Positions 1 through 12,147 of a DNA stretch of 64,000 bases are shown here, piece by piece. Below the pieces are notes generated by a model. That model searched no databases. It had not been told where the DNA came from and saw only the letters and a program-made list of their open reading frames with translations. A program made the position numbers and the translations under genes. The number at the start of each line of letters is the position of its first letter. The first letter of the stretch is position 1. The DNA lies in assembly GCA_905178155.1 (NCBI GenBank), contig CAJINV010000008.1, positions 1,364,001 to 1,428,000 on the forward strand, in the 5' to 3' direction. This DNA is from Amoebophrya sp. A120. Lineage: Eukaryota; Protista; Dinoflagellata.

Positions 1-1
1 T

Positions 2-469
2 ACTTGCTACAAAGAAGATACGCCCGACGACATGGCCCTGGGCATGTGGTTTATGCCCCGCCGCGAAGCTGACGAAGATGAAGCATTGGTAGATATAAAG
101 CGAGTGGACGAGGACGCGGGCGACTTTCGTCCAAACGTGCCCGCGACCCACAACGCAGGCTTTCATCAGCGCGGACCTCGGGACTATCCGCCGGAGTACC
201 TTGCCCGGTCCAGCCCGCAGATTAGCTTCCACAAAGTCTTCCAACAGCATTCCATTACCAACCCGAGGAGGGAGGTTCTATGGGAACATCTTGTCAGCCC
301 AGACCTGAAGTCCGTACTCTTTTCCCGGTGGAGCCGCCTGTTGAACGAAAACGATGCCTCCGCGATACAAGAATTTGAAGCTGAGTTGGCACAAACAGCG
401 GTTGGAAAAGAAGCACTCATGCACAAAGATGAGATGAGGGATGGATCATGCCTCCAGCAGGAGTTATAA
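2..469 (+). CDS. 3' part of Fringe-like (GT31) beta-1,3-glucosyltransferase, B3GLCT-like; 5' end outside window
   Basis: Frame is open from base 2: TCYKEDTPDDMALGMW ... FHQRGPRDYPPEYL ... ISFHK. This resembles the B3GLCT C-terminal motifs (PDDMVLGM, FHQARPVDYPKDYL, ISFHK) as I recall them. Confidence 0.7.
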   Translation, partial: TCYKEDTPDDMALGMWFMPRREADEDEALVDIKRVDEDAGDFRPNVPATHNAGFHQRGPRDYPPEYLARSSPQISFHKVFQQHSITNPRREVLWEHLVSPDLKSVLFSRWSRLLNENDASAIQEFEAELAQTAVGKEALMHKDEMRDGSCLQQEL

Positions 470-1245
470 GCGTCTGAAGCCTCGCACATATGTAGGAGTA
501 GATGCGCATACTTGTACGTAGAAATAAGGTGTGTAGTAGTAAGCAGGAGGACCACGACCAAACCAGAAACACCCTGAACTTGTCCCGGCGTGGTGTTCAG
601 GGCCACGTACCACGAAGAACAATCACGCGCAGGCCCGCTGAGCGACAGAAGCTGCCCTGCTAGAAATCACTTTTTCTTTGCTCCTGCATTGTTCAACCCG
701 TTTTGCTGTTTTCGTTATACAACTCTTTGCTACTTTTGGGTTTCGTTTTTTTTTTTCAAATCTTGACAAAAAAGAACAAGAAGTCAGTGGCAACAGAGCA
801 ACGCAATATCAAAGTACTGTTGAGCCGAAGGTCGTGAGCGGAACGACATACCACGACGAGCGAGTAAGGCAAAGTCAAAAGGTTTTGTAAACGAAAGCCA
901 TTCCGGAACAACACGAATAAAATGTAAAAACGTATAATTAATAAACTTGTGACCAGGTCTCTCCTGTTTGCCCAAACACGGTACTAACAGTGACTTCTCG
1001 TTGTATCATCTGTAAGTCTTGTGTCTGTGGAGGGACACGACCACGCGAAAGAACTGCTTGATCGTCACAGTCACAAACGAAAGTAGTTGTCCTCGGCACC
1101 ACAAACAAATAAACCCAAGAAGGTATTTGCGTGCATATAACTCAACAGGAGTACAACAAACTCCATGAAGACGAAGTGTCACACAGGCACAGAAAAATCA
1201 GGCCCTGGGAGAGAACTAGCACGTCGAGACGGAGGCGGAGCCAAG

Positions 1246-4200
1246 ATGTCCAGAAAACGAAACATGTCCCACCGTGTCGCAACGGCGAGCGGGCTCATTG
1301 CGTTTCTAGGTGCCGAGGTTGGACACGCTCAGCTGATAGTGGACTACCAGAATCTCGCGGAGCAGAATGTGACCCGGTACGGCGAGACCCTCGCAAAGTC
1401 CGGCACGGATCTGTTCAAAGCCTCCTCATCCTCCTCGAAGCCCGCCGTTGTCCACGAAACAATTCTCAAAAGTGGCATCAAAGAATGTGATCCGACGGTG
1501 ACGCAGCACAGCGGGTATATTGCACTTGCTTCAACATCTAGATGTTGAAGGTGATCTTTTCACTTCATGGTGCTACATAAAACTAAAGCATAAACATTCA
1601 CGCCCGCTCGAAGGGCATGGGGAGAAACGAACTCAGTGCGACGTTTGATAGAAGCTGAAGCAAGCGCACCGATGATTTCAATACCCGCGAAAACTTCCTT
1701 TGTAGGTACATTGCGTTTCCGGGACACCAAGGAACCCAGAAGTCGTATTTCTTTTGGATGTTCGAGGCGAAGAAGGTTGATCCGAAGACAGCTCCGCTGG
1801 TGCTGTGGCTGACCGGCGGCCCCGGCTGCTCCAGTATCATGGCATTGCTTTCGGAGAACGGGCCGTGCGGCGTGGATTCGGACGGAAAAACGCTGAAGCC
1901 GAATCCCTACAGCTGGAACACCAATGCCAACGTCATCTGGGTCGATCAGCCAGCGGGAACGGGATTTTCCGAAGGTACTTGGTATGTTGAGTCCCACTGT
2001 ACTACACACAGTTACAGTATGGCAATGGCTTTTTTCAGGTGCCCCCTCCGAGGATGACTTGGTAGCCACTTGTTCTATGTGCCGAATGTTGAGCGAGGAT
2101 CATTATCATGTTGTTTGGAAATGCTCATGATTGATGTGCCACCAGGTGACTATGACCACGACACCAAGGAGGGAGTTTCGGCCGACATGTACGGTTTCCT
2201 GACCGGGTTTTTCGAACAATTTCCGCAGTACGCGGCCTCTGAGTTTTACATCACGGGTGAGTCTTACGCCGGACACTACATCCCTGCGATCGGGCACTAC
2301 ATTTTCGAGGAGAACAAGAAAGCCAGCAAGAAGATCAACCTGAAAGGTCTGGCAATCGGGAACGGGCTGACCGATCCGCAGGAGCAGTACAAGTGGTACC
2401 CGGAGATGGCCTACGACGGCGGCAAGTCGCGGGGCGGCTCCTTGGAAAAGGGGGTGATCACGAACCCCATCACGCAGGCCATCATGAAGGGCGGCGTCAC
2501 CCCCTGCGTGCAGGCCATCCAGTCCTGCAACATATGAAAGCCTCAGGTTGGAAATCCTCAAAGTGAAAATAATTTGTAATGCAAAAAAACGACTCCAGTT
2601 GGAGCACCATTTCTAGTCGGCGCATGACAAATTTCCCGGGCACTCAAAACGTGTCTGTCATGCTAGTTAGGCAAAGGGGTGCCCTTCTCTCATGCTAATC
2701 AGCAGCCCAATTCTGAACCCGTAGAAGTACTATAGTCGGCCTCCATTGCGCTCTCTGCAATACAGTGTTTTTGGTGTCGCATTTCATGCATCACAAATCA
2801 TTTCCACTTTGAGGATTTCCATTCTGAGGGTGTCATACAACAGCGGCAGCACCGCGGGCTGCATGGGAGCGTTATCAAATGTAGAAATGTGTGGGTCTGG
2901 ATTTTTGCATGACACAGAAGGTCTGGCATGGAGGCTCTAGCATTACAGGTTTCGAAAGGCCCCCGCAATGCCGAACCCGCATGACAAATCCCCCACTTTG
3001 GTGACAGAAAGCGGGCAGCTTTTGCTACCCATGAATGAGAAATATTTCTGTGTTCTGAAATGCGCATCACAAGGGAGGTTGAAAAATATATAAGTGCCCG
3101 GGGATGAAGAAATACTCGCGATGTTTTCGCGGTTCTGACCCTATGCCGCTCCAGCGCCTGCGGAGGCTTGCTTCCCGAGTGATAATGGACAATGGCAATG
3201 TCGGTGCGGTTGTTTTAGCATCACAAGTTTGCATTCTTCCAGACCCAGACACTTTTGCACAGGATAAGCGTTTCTGGTGTGCAACTACGCGGAAACCGTG
3301 CCCTATCAGTTCACCGGAATGAACGTGTACGATATGCGCATCAAATGTGAGGTGCCACCCCTCTGCTACGACTTCTCGCAGGTCACCACCTTCTTGAACG
3401 ACAAGGACGTCCAGGAGAAGCTCGGTATATACATATACTTAATGTATGACTCGCCCTGCTGCTGCTCGCTGCCGTGGCAGGAAACCCGATAGAGGCAAAG
3501 TCTTTCGCCGCTTCTCTAAACTCAATTTCGCAATGGGGTTAGTCAATCCGCTGACCGTTGTATGCCATCAGAATAGCTAGTAGAAGGAGATGACCACGCT
3601 AGTACATTTGCAAAAAAGAATCATCAAAAAAGTACAACCACAAGAGGGACCACAGACACGCGCATGCAAGAATGAGTAAGTAAATTGAGCACTTTACTAT
3701 CAGGTGCCAAAGGCAAGTGGGCTTCGTGCAATATGATGGTGAACGCACTTTTTCGTGCTGACTACATGGTCAATTTCCAAGAGCTCATTCCCGAGATGCT
3801 TGCCGGTGGAATCAAAGTCCTCGTTTACGCGGGAGACGTATACAAAATCAAATTTGTTGCTCTTGCTGTTTTTGTTCTTTTACTTTTCGCAATAGGACCG
3901 CGACGTGCTTCTTTTTCGTGATGTGACGCGACGTCGAACAAAGAGAACAAACTACGAGTGCATGCACAACCATGAGAATCAGGGGGCGCGAAAATGTTGA
4001 TTCACAAATCTCATCAGGTGGACTACATCTGCAACTGGTTGGGTAACAAGGCGTGGACACTGAAGCTGGATTGGCCCGGTAAAGAACAGTTCAACGCCGC
4101 GGCGGACGCCGATTACGTCGTAGAGGGAAAGGCGGCGGGGAGACTGCGCAGCTACCAAAACTTCAGCTTCCTGCAGGTTTACCAAGCCGGACACATGGTG

Positions 4201-4395
4201 CCCATGGATCAACCAACCGCCGCGCTGCAAATGTTGGACGACTTTATTTCCGGCAAGTTTCGGCGGACATCCACTGGCACGGCTGCGGTGGAAGAGCCAG
4301 CCAGCACATCTAGCAGTTCTTTCAAGAAACTCTTAAAGCGATCTGCAACGGGAGCGAAGACCGAACAGCAAGAGGTGCAGGAACTGTACAACTAA
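1246..4395 (+). CDS. Serine carboxypeptidase (peptidase S10), 7 exons
   Basis: Motifs WLTGGPGCSS, VDQPAGTGFS, TGESYAGHYIP (Ser), GLAIGNG, YAGDVDYICN (Asp), AGHMVP (His). Exons ~1246-1514, 1706-1974, 2146-2532, 2843-2872, 3272-3424, 3704-3837, 4018-4395; four GT-AG introns plus two TIR inserts. Start could be 1165, 1246 or 1264. Confidence 0.93.
2533..2837. mobile_element. Introner-like TIR element (non-canonical intron) in the carboxypeptidase
   Basis: ~50-bp imperfect TIR TATGA..CCTCAG..TGGAAATCCTCAAAGTG; TSD CAACA at 2528-2532 and 2838-2842. Removal gives SCNSGSTAGC. Confidence 0.92.
2873..3266. mobile_element. Introner-like TIR element (GGGTCTGG family) with a nested 144-bp insert
   Basis: TIR TATC...TG(T/C)A(G/A)AA(T/-)GT(G/C)TGGGTCTGG; TSD AGCGT at 2868-2872 and 3267-3271. 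Removal gives MGAFLVCNY. Interior is the reverse complement of 59904-60153. Confidence 0.92.
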
Positions 4396-5613
4396 AGCGG
4401 TCCGCCTGCGTGGTGATATGGTCTCTGCGGGCAAGCTGCTCTTGGCTTTCTCTCATACTAAAGAAAGCTGCTTTATATTTCCGTTGCTAAAATAAGAAAA
4501 AACTGTCTTTTTGCCTTAAGTGGTCTACAGATTGATGTGTTTGATTTTTCCCATGTATTTTGCATTTGTGTTTTTTTTTGGGTGATGCAAATTTCGCTTC
4601 TACTTTTGAATTCGAACGCAGTCCCTGACGCGAGGACTTTCATCCTTCTTGCAGTAACGACTTCTGCGTCGACATTCTCTGGTCGTATTAGACAGAGAAA
4701 CGTGCATTTTGCTGTGCTGAGTCACATAGTTTTAGTGAGTTGATGCCCGTCGTGAAAGAAACTGCAAACCAAGGCTCATCCTTCTTGAATGCTGTTTGGA
4801 GAAAGTATCAGTGTAAACAAAAGTTCAACTTGTGGAAGAGAAAAGCAAAACGAGAAAAAAAAAAACAAAAAGCTTAAAGCCAAAGTAGAAAACAGACAGA
4901 GGTCTCATCCTCAGCTTGTGGTTTGAAACCAAGTGCCGGAAACATTGGCACAGCGAAGATTTGCGGTTATTAGAATAGTATCTTCGCTGCACGACAGACG
5001 TTGAAGATCAGAAGAGCTTTCGATAAATATGCCGTTCCTGTCCAAGATAGCTTTCCGATCCCGATGCAAAGAGAGAGAAAGATAAAAAAGCGGTTCCCTC
5101 GATCGCAATAGCAAAAAAAAGGATCACGACCAAGGAAAAGGATCTCCAGAAAGAATAGAGTTGTGATCACAAGGGATCTCCACCAGATAAATATCTCCAC
5201 GACACCAGATGGAATTGACCGGCAGTTTTTTTGCAAATCTCGTTTTGATCCTGTTTAGTTTTTTACAGGTTCGTTAGCGAGCTCCTGGCACCGCGGACTA
5301 CGACAATTTTCATTGGAGTCAAGATCCCATTCTCAAGCTTTTGTTCTTCATTTCGCCATGCGCAGGGTGAGGACATGTCTTTGAATTTTCTACGCAGTAA
5401 GGCATTATCACATGGTATAACAAGCCGATGCCACCTCTTCTTTTTCTGCTGGGATTGAGGTTGGCGCTGACATTCGTGCACGCATCAATTCGCTAGACGA
5501 GAAACAATCAGTGCTGTGACCGGAGTAGAAGAAGTGCTTTCACGAGTTGTAAATCTATTTCTCCTGCTTGCTTCAACATAATATATATTTAAGTTGAAAA
5601 CTTTTACAGCACA

Positions 5614-6774
5614 ATGAAGGTCGACCGGCAGAAAAAGGTGTCGAAGGACTTGCGACGGTACAAGATGACCTTCGGGTTCCACGAGCCGTACCGAGTCCTT
5701 TTCGATCCGACTTTTATCCACGTGGCGCTCGAGTCCAAAATCCACATTAAGGAGCAGCTGTGCAAAATTTTGGGCACGCACAAGGTGACTCCGATGGTCA
5801 CCTCGTGCGGGCTCCAGGAACTGAAGCACCTGATCGAAACGCGAGGCAAGGAGTTCAGTGGCGCACTGAAAATCGCCGAGGGGTTCTACCAGATCAAGTG
5901 CGGTTGTGGTGAAAAGGACAGGACGACAGCAGCGAAAGCCGCTGCCAGCGTGGCGAACCCTGGTGCAGCGCCGGAAGTAGTAGAGCAGGACTCCTCTGCG
6001 AAGAACAACAGTGTCGGCGCTGCGCATGCGGCAGGTGGAGCTTCCAAGAAACACAAATCAAAGTCAATCTCTGCGGAGTGCATCTGCCGGATTTTCCAAA
6101 CGTGTCCCAAGAACGCCGATGGAGCGGCACTGCAATCCGTCGCGGAGCAGATCGTTTCTTCGGATGCCACCGCCCCAAAGCGCGCTGGTTCCCCATCTTC
6201 CACCTCAGCCGCTAGCGCAGCTTCGTCGTCGGTGGACGCATCGACAGCAGGAACAGACGAGCAGAAACAGAAGGACAACCCCGCGAAGCTCAGGCGGGAG
6301 GATGTGCAGGAACGTGGTAAGAAGAACTACCGCTGCTGGTTTGTAGCCACACAGGACGAAAAAGTGAAGCAAGTACTGCGACAAATACCCGGAACCCCAA
6401 TTTTCACACTAAACGGCCAAGTGCCGCGGCTGGAACCGTTCTCAAAAGCTTCTAACTCCTTTCTTTCCGCGAGAAACGAATCGCGCATCGACGGGCTCTC
6501 TGAGTGGGAAATCAACAAGTTGCCGGTGTTGCAAAACGAACTTCGGCAGCAGCAGCTTGCATTGGAAGCCCGGAAGGGAAAGAAGAAAAAAATGCGGGGT
6601 CACCGACCTAACCCGTTGAGCTGCATGAAGAAGAAAAAGAAACCGGCTCAACAGCCTGCTGTACAAAAAAAGGACGACAAGGACGATGGTGAGAAAAAGA
6701 AGAGGACGCGGAACCGAAAACGAAAAAATCGGGGTGGCGCAGGTGCCGCACCCGATCAAGGCCAAGCAGGGTGA
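5614..6774 (+). CDS. UTP23: rRNA-processing PIN-domain protein UTP23
   Basis: N-terminus MKVDRQKK..FGFHEPYRVLFDPTF, FVATQD..LRQIPGTP, and C-terminal PNPLSCMKKKKK, all typical of UTP23. Single exon. Confidence 0.88.
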   Translation: MKVDRQKKVSKDLRRYKMTFGFHEPYRVLFDPTFIHVALESKIHIKEQLCKILGTHKVTPMVTSCGLQELKHLIETRGKEFSGALKIAEGFYQIKCGCGEKDRTTAAKAAASVANPGAAPEVVEQDSSAKNNSVGAAHAAGGASKKHKSKSISAECICRIFQTCPKNADGAALQSVAEQIVSSDATAPKRAGSPSSTSAASAASSSVDASTAGTDEQKQKDNPAKLRREDVQERGKKNYRCWFVATQDEKVKQVLRQIPGTPIFTLNGQVPRLEPFSKASNSFLSARNESRIDGLSEWEINKLPVLQNELRQQQLALEARKGKKKKMRGHRPNPLSCMKKKKKPAQQPAVQKKDDKDDGEKKKRTRNRKRKNRGGAGAAPDQGQAG

Positions 6775-8144
6775 GCAAGCATGAATTATGACCGGAGTCG
6801 CTTGCAAGCTGCCTTTGCAGATGTTGATCAGGACAATAAGATATTCATGGTATGAAATGGATCTAGTGCATTGCTTTCTATGTTCAAAATTTCTACAAAA
6901 TCAGAAGCTAGCTGACAGATGTCAACAGACATTACAACTGAACGATCTCGGGGCTTGGACGAGATTCCACTTCATTTTCGTGTTGATATTTCAGAGACAG
7001 TCGTTGCTCCAGCGATCTATGAGGGATACGTGATATGTTGTGAGCCAATAGTTGCATCACTACGAACAAGATGAACTTCTACAAGGAGCGAGAGCTGAGC
7101 TGATTCAGTATGCGTGGCCGTTGTGAAGGGCCCGATATCGAGCGATCGCGATAGGAGGGAACTTACTTTTGAGCTTTAGCTTCGCAGAAGAATTGGTCGA
7201 AGAGAGAAAAGTTTCGTCGTCCACTTTGTGAAGAGACTTGCGAAAAAAGATGCGAGAGGACGCTTAAGAGGCTTAATATCCGAATTCTATCGACAAATGA
7301 CAAAAACTGCAGGACCTCATTCATCATCGACTTCCTCACTTTCGTTTTCGTGTCGACCGAGTAGATTTTCGATTTTCTATGCAGAACATGTCACCCTCGT
7401 CTGTTGACTTAAGATATTAGTGAAGTGCATACACCTGCTGCCCCCTCGAATTCATAATCCCTTGAAATTTTCTTTAGGGCTTACTAGGCTGAGCAAGCAC
7501 GGACGAGTTGTTCGTTGATATTTTTACTATTGATTTTTGATAAGTGCCTCTCTTGAACCCTTTTGTATGTGTTTTTTGTAAATTTGAAAACAAGAAATTC
7601 AAATAAGCTGTCAAGTGCACGAACATCGAAGCCTCGCCCTGAAACTGCATGATCACGAGGCGCCTGTAGTCGCAGCCGCACCGAATTCGTTGTCTGCCGC
7701 GTTTAACGTTCGTCTCCCGCAGCTCAGTGTACCAGTGGACCACAGCGACAGCGAGTCTTTCTCTCCGCGACAAGGAGCGTTCTTGTAGCTGCCCGAGCCC
7801 GACGCCGACGCACATCCAATTCCAAATTTTCGGACCCTGAAGACCATACCCAAACTCGTTGAATCGGACAGCTGTCCTTAAAACGTTCGCAACGTCAGCT
7901 CTTCTTCCATCTTCGTCTGTGGTGCTCACTGCACGATGATACGGAAAAGAACCCGGAGGCGGTGACGACGCCCCGCACCTTGCCGAAAGGAAAACCTAGG
8001 GGTCCCCCGCCGACAGCTGCACCTGTTGCAGCGCACAGGAACGGGAGAAGTTGACAGTATTTTGCTCGTCTCCACCCAGCGAGGAAAGTTTCGACCCTGT
8101 TGAGTTGAAGGACCTTCTTCTATCTCCCAAGAACCTTCACAACA

Positions 8145-11100
8145 ATGGGCGCCGCGTGTACGAAGTTTCTCATCTATGAGGTGGTTGCGGTCGCTGCAGA
8201 GTTTGAGGCCGCGCACCTCCAGCAGCAACCAGAGATACGGACGTACCCATATGACGAACGGGTTCACGGCACATCAAAAAAATCGTCGTCGTCATCTTCG
8301 AGTAGCTCATCGTCGAAGTATCGAAAAGAGGACGATGTTCACGTTACGGAGATAATTCTCCCTCCACCACCGAGCCAGTCCCCAGTAGGTGCAAAAAGTG
8401 GTGGCGCGCCGTCAACGTCGTCGTCCTCCTCCTCCTCATCCTCAAGCACCGCTGGCAGGACGAAAAATACCAGAAATTTGATAGAAACGAACAAATCGCC
8501 ATCGTCCTCTTCAGCAAGCGGGACCGGCACGATACACACGTATGAAGACTCGGCAACCGCAGCCGGTGCCGAAATGGTACTAGAAAAAAGCGCAGAGGAG
8601 TACATCCGAAACCTCGAAAATCCATTCAAGGCGGGCAGCAACAAAAACAAGCGAAAAATGCAAACCGACGCCGATGAGCAGGCGTTGCTTATCCAGGAAA
8701 AAACACCCATCCACATCCAATTTGTCATGCAAAACATACATAAAGTTCTGTGTTTGTCATGCAAAAAATGGATATGGATGGGTTTTTTTTCTGTGGATAC
8801 TGCTGGATCTGACCACATGCCGCGCGCCGGAATCGTGGCGGGGCTGCCAGCCAATGTCCCAGTGGCTAGTGCACAACTCCGACCCCCTGATCAATGGGTG
8901 GCGCGTCCTCGAGGTGCAGTTTTTCAGCGACCGGAAGTGTGAAAACAAACTCAAGTGGAACACGCCACTGTCAGCGCGGTTCCTCTCTTGCGGCCAGCAA
9001 GGACAAGGGTAATATTTGTTTAGTGGTTCTTTCACGCATGCTATCTATGTTTTCAAAACCCGCCCATCAACATGCTGACTCCGAAGCAATGTAGTATGCC
9101 ACTGGCCGCGGGCCATGCCGATTGAGAAAAAATGACGTTAGTAGAGCTACTTGGTTTATACTGCCACCCACGCTCGGCGAGCATCAGTAGTGATCTTGTG
9201 ATACAAACATCATCAACGTTTTGCAGGTTTGCCCCCGTGAATGGCATGGATAACAAGCCTCAGACGCAATGGATCAGCGAGTGCGGTACGGAATCTTTGG
9301 ACTGCGACGGTATACCCAATGCACCATCAGACCCCAATCGGGACATGTGCAGATCGTTCGACGATCGCTACAACGGGCAGACGCCGTCCGAGGCCAACTA
9401 TAAGGGTACGTACATAGGTGCGACCTTCGCAAGCCCACAGGCCGTCCAATGTGTGCGACTCCTGCAGGCCGGAGCTCCCTACCGCTCTGACCGAGTATCT
9501 ACTTTTGATTTCGGTGGCTCTTGTTTCGGCACTGTCGGTGTTGCATTCCGAGCGACTACATATTCGACTGACTTTCATTTTCCATAGCTGCAGCGCTGTC
9601 TGTCATGGAATATCACAAGAATGGGTGCGATGAATGAAATTGAATCTCATCGACAAAGAAAATAAAAACTTCAGCTAACTGTGACGTCACACAATCAAAA
9701 CGATTGCTACATATGCGCCCATGGAGCCATGCCACTAGCGGACACGTTTCAGGATGGATTCGACACCTACATCGGCACACCAGGGCTCAAACTCGAGCTT
9801 TACACAAATGTACGGAAAGTTTCTTTATGACATTGATGGCCGCTAGTATGTATCATGTTGCTCATGTCTAGTACGAATAGCCTACTGGTACTGATGCATA
9901 GATTGACAAGTCAGATCATCATGGTAGCTGCACCAGTGTTGCTTATTTCTATTTGAAGCTGATGTTGAAATAACAAAAACAAAACAGCTGCGAACATGGG
10001 ACAACACGCATATGCCCCAAAATTGGCCAACAACCTGGGAAGGTGTAGTTAGGACGGACAACCTCAATGTGACCACGAACTCCTCCGACATTAACTATCC
10101 GCGGTCGCCGGACCCATGGCGTATTTTTTTTCTGCCTGTTTGATTGATGAGGCTAAGCCAAACAAAGGCACTTCTTCTGTTCTGCAATCAGAATGATCAA
10201 ACGATTTCATAAATGCATGAAGTCAACACCAAACTACAAAACAGGACCTGGATGGCCTCACCCGAAGCAGGAGTACATAGCGAGGTGGCAGGGCTTGTTG
10301 CGAATCATGACTACGGGACCATACCAGTTTCTGTTGCAGTGTGACACAGAAGCCCGCATGTACTTCGGATCCGGGGAAGACAGGCAGCTCGTCTTGCAGA
10401 ATAATGGCTCGGCATCACAGTTGGTCGGCTTATACTATGAGGCAGAGCTTTCGATGCCGGTAATTTTTTGTATTTTTATTATGAATTTAATATCTGGTGT
10501 GCTTCCTCACCCTACTGGTACTGGGGGTCTGAGTCAAGGAAAATATACGATCTCCAATCACGCAGCTTCTCCCGAGCTCGAGCACCTGCGGGTGCATCGA
10601 GCCAGTTTATTTTGCTTTCAAAGCAAGCTATTTTTTAAATATTCTGACTCATGATCACCGACGGCAGGTATTGGAGGCCGGTGTGCGCTACTTCGAGGTT
10701 CAATACAAGCACCTGACAACATCTCCGGGCGGTATGGTAAATGACCAGAATGGTATCATTATTTCCTACAAAGGCCCAGATACGATACCCACGGAAACCA
10801 CGACAACCACTATGGGTATGCCAGTAAAAACCAAGAATGACGGCAGGCCGCCTACCACACTCCCGCCGCCAAGCGTCATGGACATCGCACTGTGGAAGGT
10901 AAGCAGGAAGCTGTCGTTGTAGCTGCTAGTTTTACATAGCAATATCCGTAATGACGTTGCTCTCAATACAGTAGTTTTGGATGCCGGCCTCCAGTGTGGA
11001 TATTTATTTTGAACCGGGAAAAGTAGAAACGTCACAGGTTCTTCCCCCCGAGTCCATGATGCGCGGCATTACAGACGACGATGCGGTGTCGAACTCCGTG

Positions 11101-12147
11101 TACATCCTCGAACCGAAAAAGCACTGCCACAGCATCCGATACAGAATTTTCGGGGACCGACCCGCAGCACAAGCAGCATGCGATGCTGACCCCACTTGTG
11201 GAGGCATATACGGTATGAGGATTTATAGATTCATCTCTACAAACTCAAACAGAAGCTTCTATTTCTCGTAAGGATGGTGTGCCTCTTCCGTGGAGAGGAT
11301 TCGCTTGGTATGGAATTGGAAATTTTGATTTGTATTAGCCTGTGAGGGCTGGGCGTGGTCGCGCTAGCTCCTGCCTTGAACTAACGGACAAAAGCGAACC
11401 ACACGACAATTCGGTAGTTGCATGGAGGTTCCTTCGTAAAAAAAGAGTAAAGGAATGATGAAGTAAAAGTCGGCCGATATTTCTACCGGCACGACCAACT
11501 CACCCCTTCATCGATCAGGTCGCGACTGCAACATAGCAGAGGACACGTATCAAGGGCTCTACCTCTGCAAGCTACCTGTTGGACAGTCCCGTCTTGTCCT
11601 CGGAAATCGCACCGAATTCATCTCGACGGAGAACAGTTGTGTTTATGTGAAGTATGACGCTTCAGAAACGACAACATTCCCACCAATCACTGCCGGACCG
11701 TTGGGTAGCGCGAATCGCAAGACCGACACGGGTATGCAGTGCAAATATTTCTCGCTCAGGGTGAATGTGGAGGCTTGCATGATGTCTCTTCGCGATCAAC
11801 TTCGAGAAGTATCGGTCATTTTTCTGGCAGAGGAGGCATTCGAGCATTTGCGTACTGTTGAATGAAAATACGCAAGAACTCCGAATCAATTTTTCAGCTT
11901 CTCGAGTTCTGCATGAAGAGTTCTAATCATTTGTGTTGTGCTCCTCACGGGCACATTCAAATTCAATGCAGCCATGCACAGCAAATATGGGGATGGCGAT
12001 AATAAAAAGACAGACAGACCAGGCCACTTCCATTCCCAAAGACGTGCTGCATTTATTCCCCTGACCAGGACATGTTTTCATTGCATAGCGGCTTTTGCGG
12101 CCATGCTGTTGACTGCGGCCGGGACTGTGGCCGGATACCTCTTGTAA
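8145..12147 (+). CDS. Multi-exon secreted/surface protein with a PA14-like domain and a hydrophobic (possibly GPI) C-terminus
   Basis: GT-AG exons encode GLKLELYTN, INYP..W, EYIARWQGLLRIMTTGPYQF..ARMYF, LEAGVRYFEVQY..IIISYKGPDT (PA14-like pattern) and a Cys-rich segment. Last exon 12023-12147 ends IAAFAAMLLTAAGTVAGYLL. One small exon near 9.6 kb is unresolved. Confidence 0.65.
8690..8799. mobile_element. 110-bp introner-like TIR element
   Basis: TIR TATCCA..AAAAA.CCCATCCA.ATCCA; TSD TTGCT/CTGCT (4/5). Removal joins ORF 8145 to the frame of ORF 8674 (QALLDLTTC). Same family as 40295 and 60202, opposite orientation. Confidence 0.9.
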
